Of a stretch of 28,529 nucleotides of DNA, positions 26,809-28,529 are shown piece after piece. The notes beneath the pieces are model-generated. The model searched no databases and was not told the DNA's origin. It saw nothing but the letters and a program-made list of their open reading frames with translations. Made by a program: the position numbers and the translations under genes. The stretch is from a virus (lineage: Duplodnaviria > Caudoviricetes): positions 1 to 28,529 of the IMG/VR virus record IMGVR_UViG_3300037751_000192, one strand, 5' to 3'. Each line of letters starts with the position of its first letter. The stretch's first letter is position 1.

Positions 26809-26899
26809 GCCCAACAAGCGCATCCCCGCCGTCTGCGTTGATGCGCGGTGGTTTTGGCGAGGCCTTGGTGCCGCCGCTGGTTATGCTGGGTCGTTATGC
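26809..26899 (+). mobile_element. attC site 4 (91 bp, degenerate left arm)
   Basis: GCCCAAC-AAGC-GCATCCCC...GCTGGTTATGC-TGGGTC-GTTATGC. Length and core chaining fit, but L-box pairing is poor. Confidence 0.75.
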
Positions 26900-27109
26900 G
26901 CTCAAAGCCATGTCAACTTTGTGCGCCCTGTTTCTATCTCTTTGCAGTTGAGATAACCCTTTCCCTTTCGCCAGGTAATTAATCAAATCGAGTTTATCGC
27001 TGAATTCATCGCACCGGAGATAAAACACGAACCACAGCCAATCCAGGAAAGATACCCTCCAAAACCTCAAAGCGGGTGTAAGTCTGTTAAAGTGTTCCAT
27101 GTTCATCAC
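26894..27109 (-). CDS. Hypothetical protein
   Basis: 71 aa, GAGGGAG RBS. TAA stop lies in the GTTATGC core of attC 4. Confidence 0.6.
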   Translation of the reverse strand: MMNMEHFNRLTPALRFWRVSFLDWLWFVFYLRCDEFSDKLDLINYLAKGKGLSQLQRDRNRAHKVDMALSA

Positions 27110-27303
27110 TTCTCCCTCTCGCTTTTAACAACAATGGTGAGGTAGTACCTCGCCTTCCTGGTTTGTATCCTGATCCCGTTCCGGCGAGCGAAATTGTGAG
27201 CGGCTATCTGTAGCCTATGCAGGGCAGGCTTCCCCCGGTATGGCATTTTAACCCCCTCGCCAGGACACATATCTAAAAGCATATGGAATTTGCTTTTTTT
27301 CAT
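27106..27303 (-). CDS. Small basic putative DNA-binding protein, probably leaderless
   Basis: ATG 27303 lies 7 nt from the -10 box and has no RBS. The ORF-track TTG start (27339) is the -35 box. Confidence 0.6.
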   Translation of the reverse strand: MKKSKFHMLLDMCPGEGVKMPYRGKPALHRLQIAAHNFARRNGIRIQTRKARYYLTIVVKSEREK

Positions 27304-27309
27304 ACTCGG

Positions 27310-27401
27310 ATCATAATCCATCTGGGGTGTAAATGTCAATCAGGGTTTTTATACATGTATAAAAATATTTTGTTGACATTCCCATTTGCCCGGATTACGA
27401 T
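27310..27401. promoter_or_regulatory. Divergent promoter pair with central palindrome
   Basis: Minus: TTGACA(27339-27334)-N18-TATGAT(27315-27310). Plus: TTGACA(27373-27378)-N17-TACGAT(27396-27401). Perfect 20-bp palindrome TTTTTATACATGTATAAAAA at 27346-27365. Confidence 0.75.
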
Positions 27402-27427
27402 AAGTGAAAATCAAAGGGAGGGAAACA

Positions 27428-27592
27428 ATGTGGAGAATAATAACCGAGATCATGATTCCGGCCTGCGTTATTTCCGTGATAATCGCGGGGCTATGGTGCG
27501 CCTTTCTGACGTGCGCCTCCGAGACTGCGCAAAAACAGGCCGCCGTATCTCGGAATTATGCTGCGATGTCTGTCGTCGAAAGTGTGAAATAA
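27428..27592 (+). CDS. Small membrane protein
   Basis: GGGAGG RBS before ATG 27428. One hydrophobic segment. Confidence 0.5.
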   Translation: MWRIITEIMIPACVISVIIAGLWCAFLTCASETAQKQAAVSRNYAAMSVVESVK

Positions 27593-27605
27593 AAAGGAGA
27601 GTGAA

Positions 27606-27923
27606 ATGAACATCAGACATGGGGATATGGCTCTAATCGGGGTAAAGGTATTACCGGACTGTCTTGTCGCATCGGGGGGCAAAACTCTCATGGTTGGTAT
27701 CGGGGGAAACAATCATGACGTTGATGACGGAGTATTCTACAAGTCGGAAAAAGATGGGTTTGTTTTTGGCTATCTTGTAGCGGGGGACAATTGTCAGCTG
27801 TTGCACCCAGATCACGGGGTGGGCAGTGGTTACAACAAATTAACTCCTGTCCCCTCTGGGGTTTACGAGCTGCGAAAACAATTTGAAATAACACACCAAT
27901 CTATGTTGCCAGTGGTGGACTAA
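27606..27923 (+). CDS. Hypothetical protein with RHGD...H...H.DH...GVYELR.Q.E motif
   Basis: AAGGAG RBS. His-rich motif pattern recalled from partners of DUF6745-type genes. Confidence 0.65.
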   Translation: MNIRHGDMALIGVKVLPDCLVASGGKTLMVGIGGNNHDVDDGVFYKSEKDGFVFGYLVAGDNCQLLHPDHGVGSGYNKLTPVPSGVYELRKQFEITHQSMLPVVD

Positions 27924-27937
27924 AAGGGGAATAAAAG

Positions 27938-28529
27938 ATGCCAACAAAAATAGAACGATTAGTAGATTCGCAAAAAGCCGCTATCCCGGCGTTTGTTAAA
28001 AAATGGATTGAGATAGGGCTAAAAACCGGGGAAACCGACTGGAACACATTTGATAAATATATGCCGATCTGCTACCAAAAGGCAGGGCTACAATACCCGA
28101 AAAAGGTAATAAGGGTGTTGTCTCCAATGGTTGGGGCTTTTGCCGCAGCGATAGCCGAAAGTCTATTGAAACAAAAACGCCCCGATGCCGTGCGCGATGC
28201 CGTGGCCGATGCCGTGGTCGGTGCCGTGCGAGTTGCCGTGCGCGGTGCCGTGGCCGGTGCCGTGCGCGGTGCCGTGGACGATGCCGTGCGCGGTGCCGTG
28301 GACGATGCCGTGGTCGGTGCCGTGGACGATGCCGTGGACGATGCCGTGACCGGTGCCGTGGCCGATGCCGTGGACGGTGCCGTGGCCGGTGCCGTGGCCG
28401 GTGCCGTGCGAGTTGCCGTGGTCGGTGCCGTGGCCGGTGCCGTGGACGATGCCGTGCGCGGTGCCGTGGACGATGCCGTGCGCGGTGCCGTGGCCGGTGC
28501 CGTGGCCGATGCCGTGGACGATGCCGTGC
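27938..28529 (+). CDS. DUF6745-like protein with tetrapeptide repeats (runs off the window edge; not in the ORF track)
   Basis: [31 protein letters not shown]...CYQKAGL..P..VI.V.SP, then (D/G/V)AVx repeats. Frame open to the window end. Confidence 0.7.
   Translation, partial: MPTKIERLVDSQKAAIPAFVKKWIEIGLKTGETDWNTFDKYMPICYQKAGLQYPKKVIRVLSPMVGAFAAAIAESLLKQKRPDAVRDAVADAVVGAVRVAVRGAVAGAVRGAVDDAVRGAVDDAVVGAVDDAVDDAVTGAVADAVDGAVAGAVAGAVRVAVVGAVAGAVDDAVRGAVDDAVRGAVAGAVADAVDDAV
28184..28529 (+). repeat. 12-bp coding tandem repeat, about 29 copies, consensus G(A/G/T)T GCC GTG NNN
   Basis: Directly visible. TGCCGTG is invariant at a 12-bp period. Confidence 0.95.

Larger units (their letters stand above)
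24068..26899 (+). mobile_element. Integron-type gene cassette array (4 cassettes, no integrase in window)
   Basis: attI-like site plus four attC sites with chained complementary cores. Cassettes span 24081-24850, 24851-25159, 25160-25996 and 25997-26893. Confidence 0.9.

Noticed and set aside
28184-28529. CRISPR array
   Set aside because: 12-bp period, in frame within an ORF, with no unique spacers.

Overview
This window is a segment of a tailed (podovirus-type, P22-like head-tail module) phage or prophage genome. Almost all genes from 1 to 27303 lie on the minus strand. In transcription order they are: small early genes, a variable island, replication (initiator-like protein, Toprim/DnaB primase-helicase), SNF2-type helicase, DNA methyltransferase, MazG-like and RusA-like genes, small terminase, a large terminase split into two ORFs, portal, GroES, scaffold, major capsid, an O-antigen-ligase-like membrane protein, gp4-/gp10-like tail proteins, a tail-collar protein, a radical SAM enzyme and a gp7-like ejection protein cut by the window edge. 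A back-to-back promoter pair at ~27310-27401 separates this from a plus-strand unit that ends in a 12-bp-repeat ORF. The main discovery is at 24068-26899: an integron-type cassette array inside the phage early region. It consists of one attI-like site and four 89-91 bp attC sites. Each cassette's 5' core site is the exact reverse complement of the start of the next attC (GTTACCC/GGGTAAC, GTTAGCC/GGCTAAC, GTTGTGC/GCACAAC, GTTGGGC/GCCCAAC). No integron integrase is present in the window, and every cassette ORF is inverted relative to attC polarity, so it is co-oriented with phage transcription. All product calls come from motif recognition by eye; no database searches were run.
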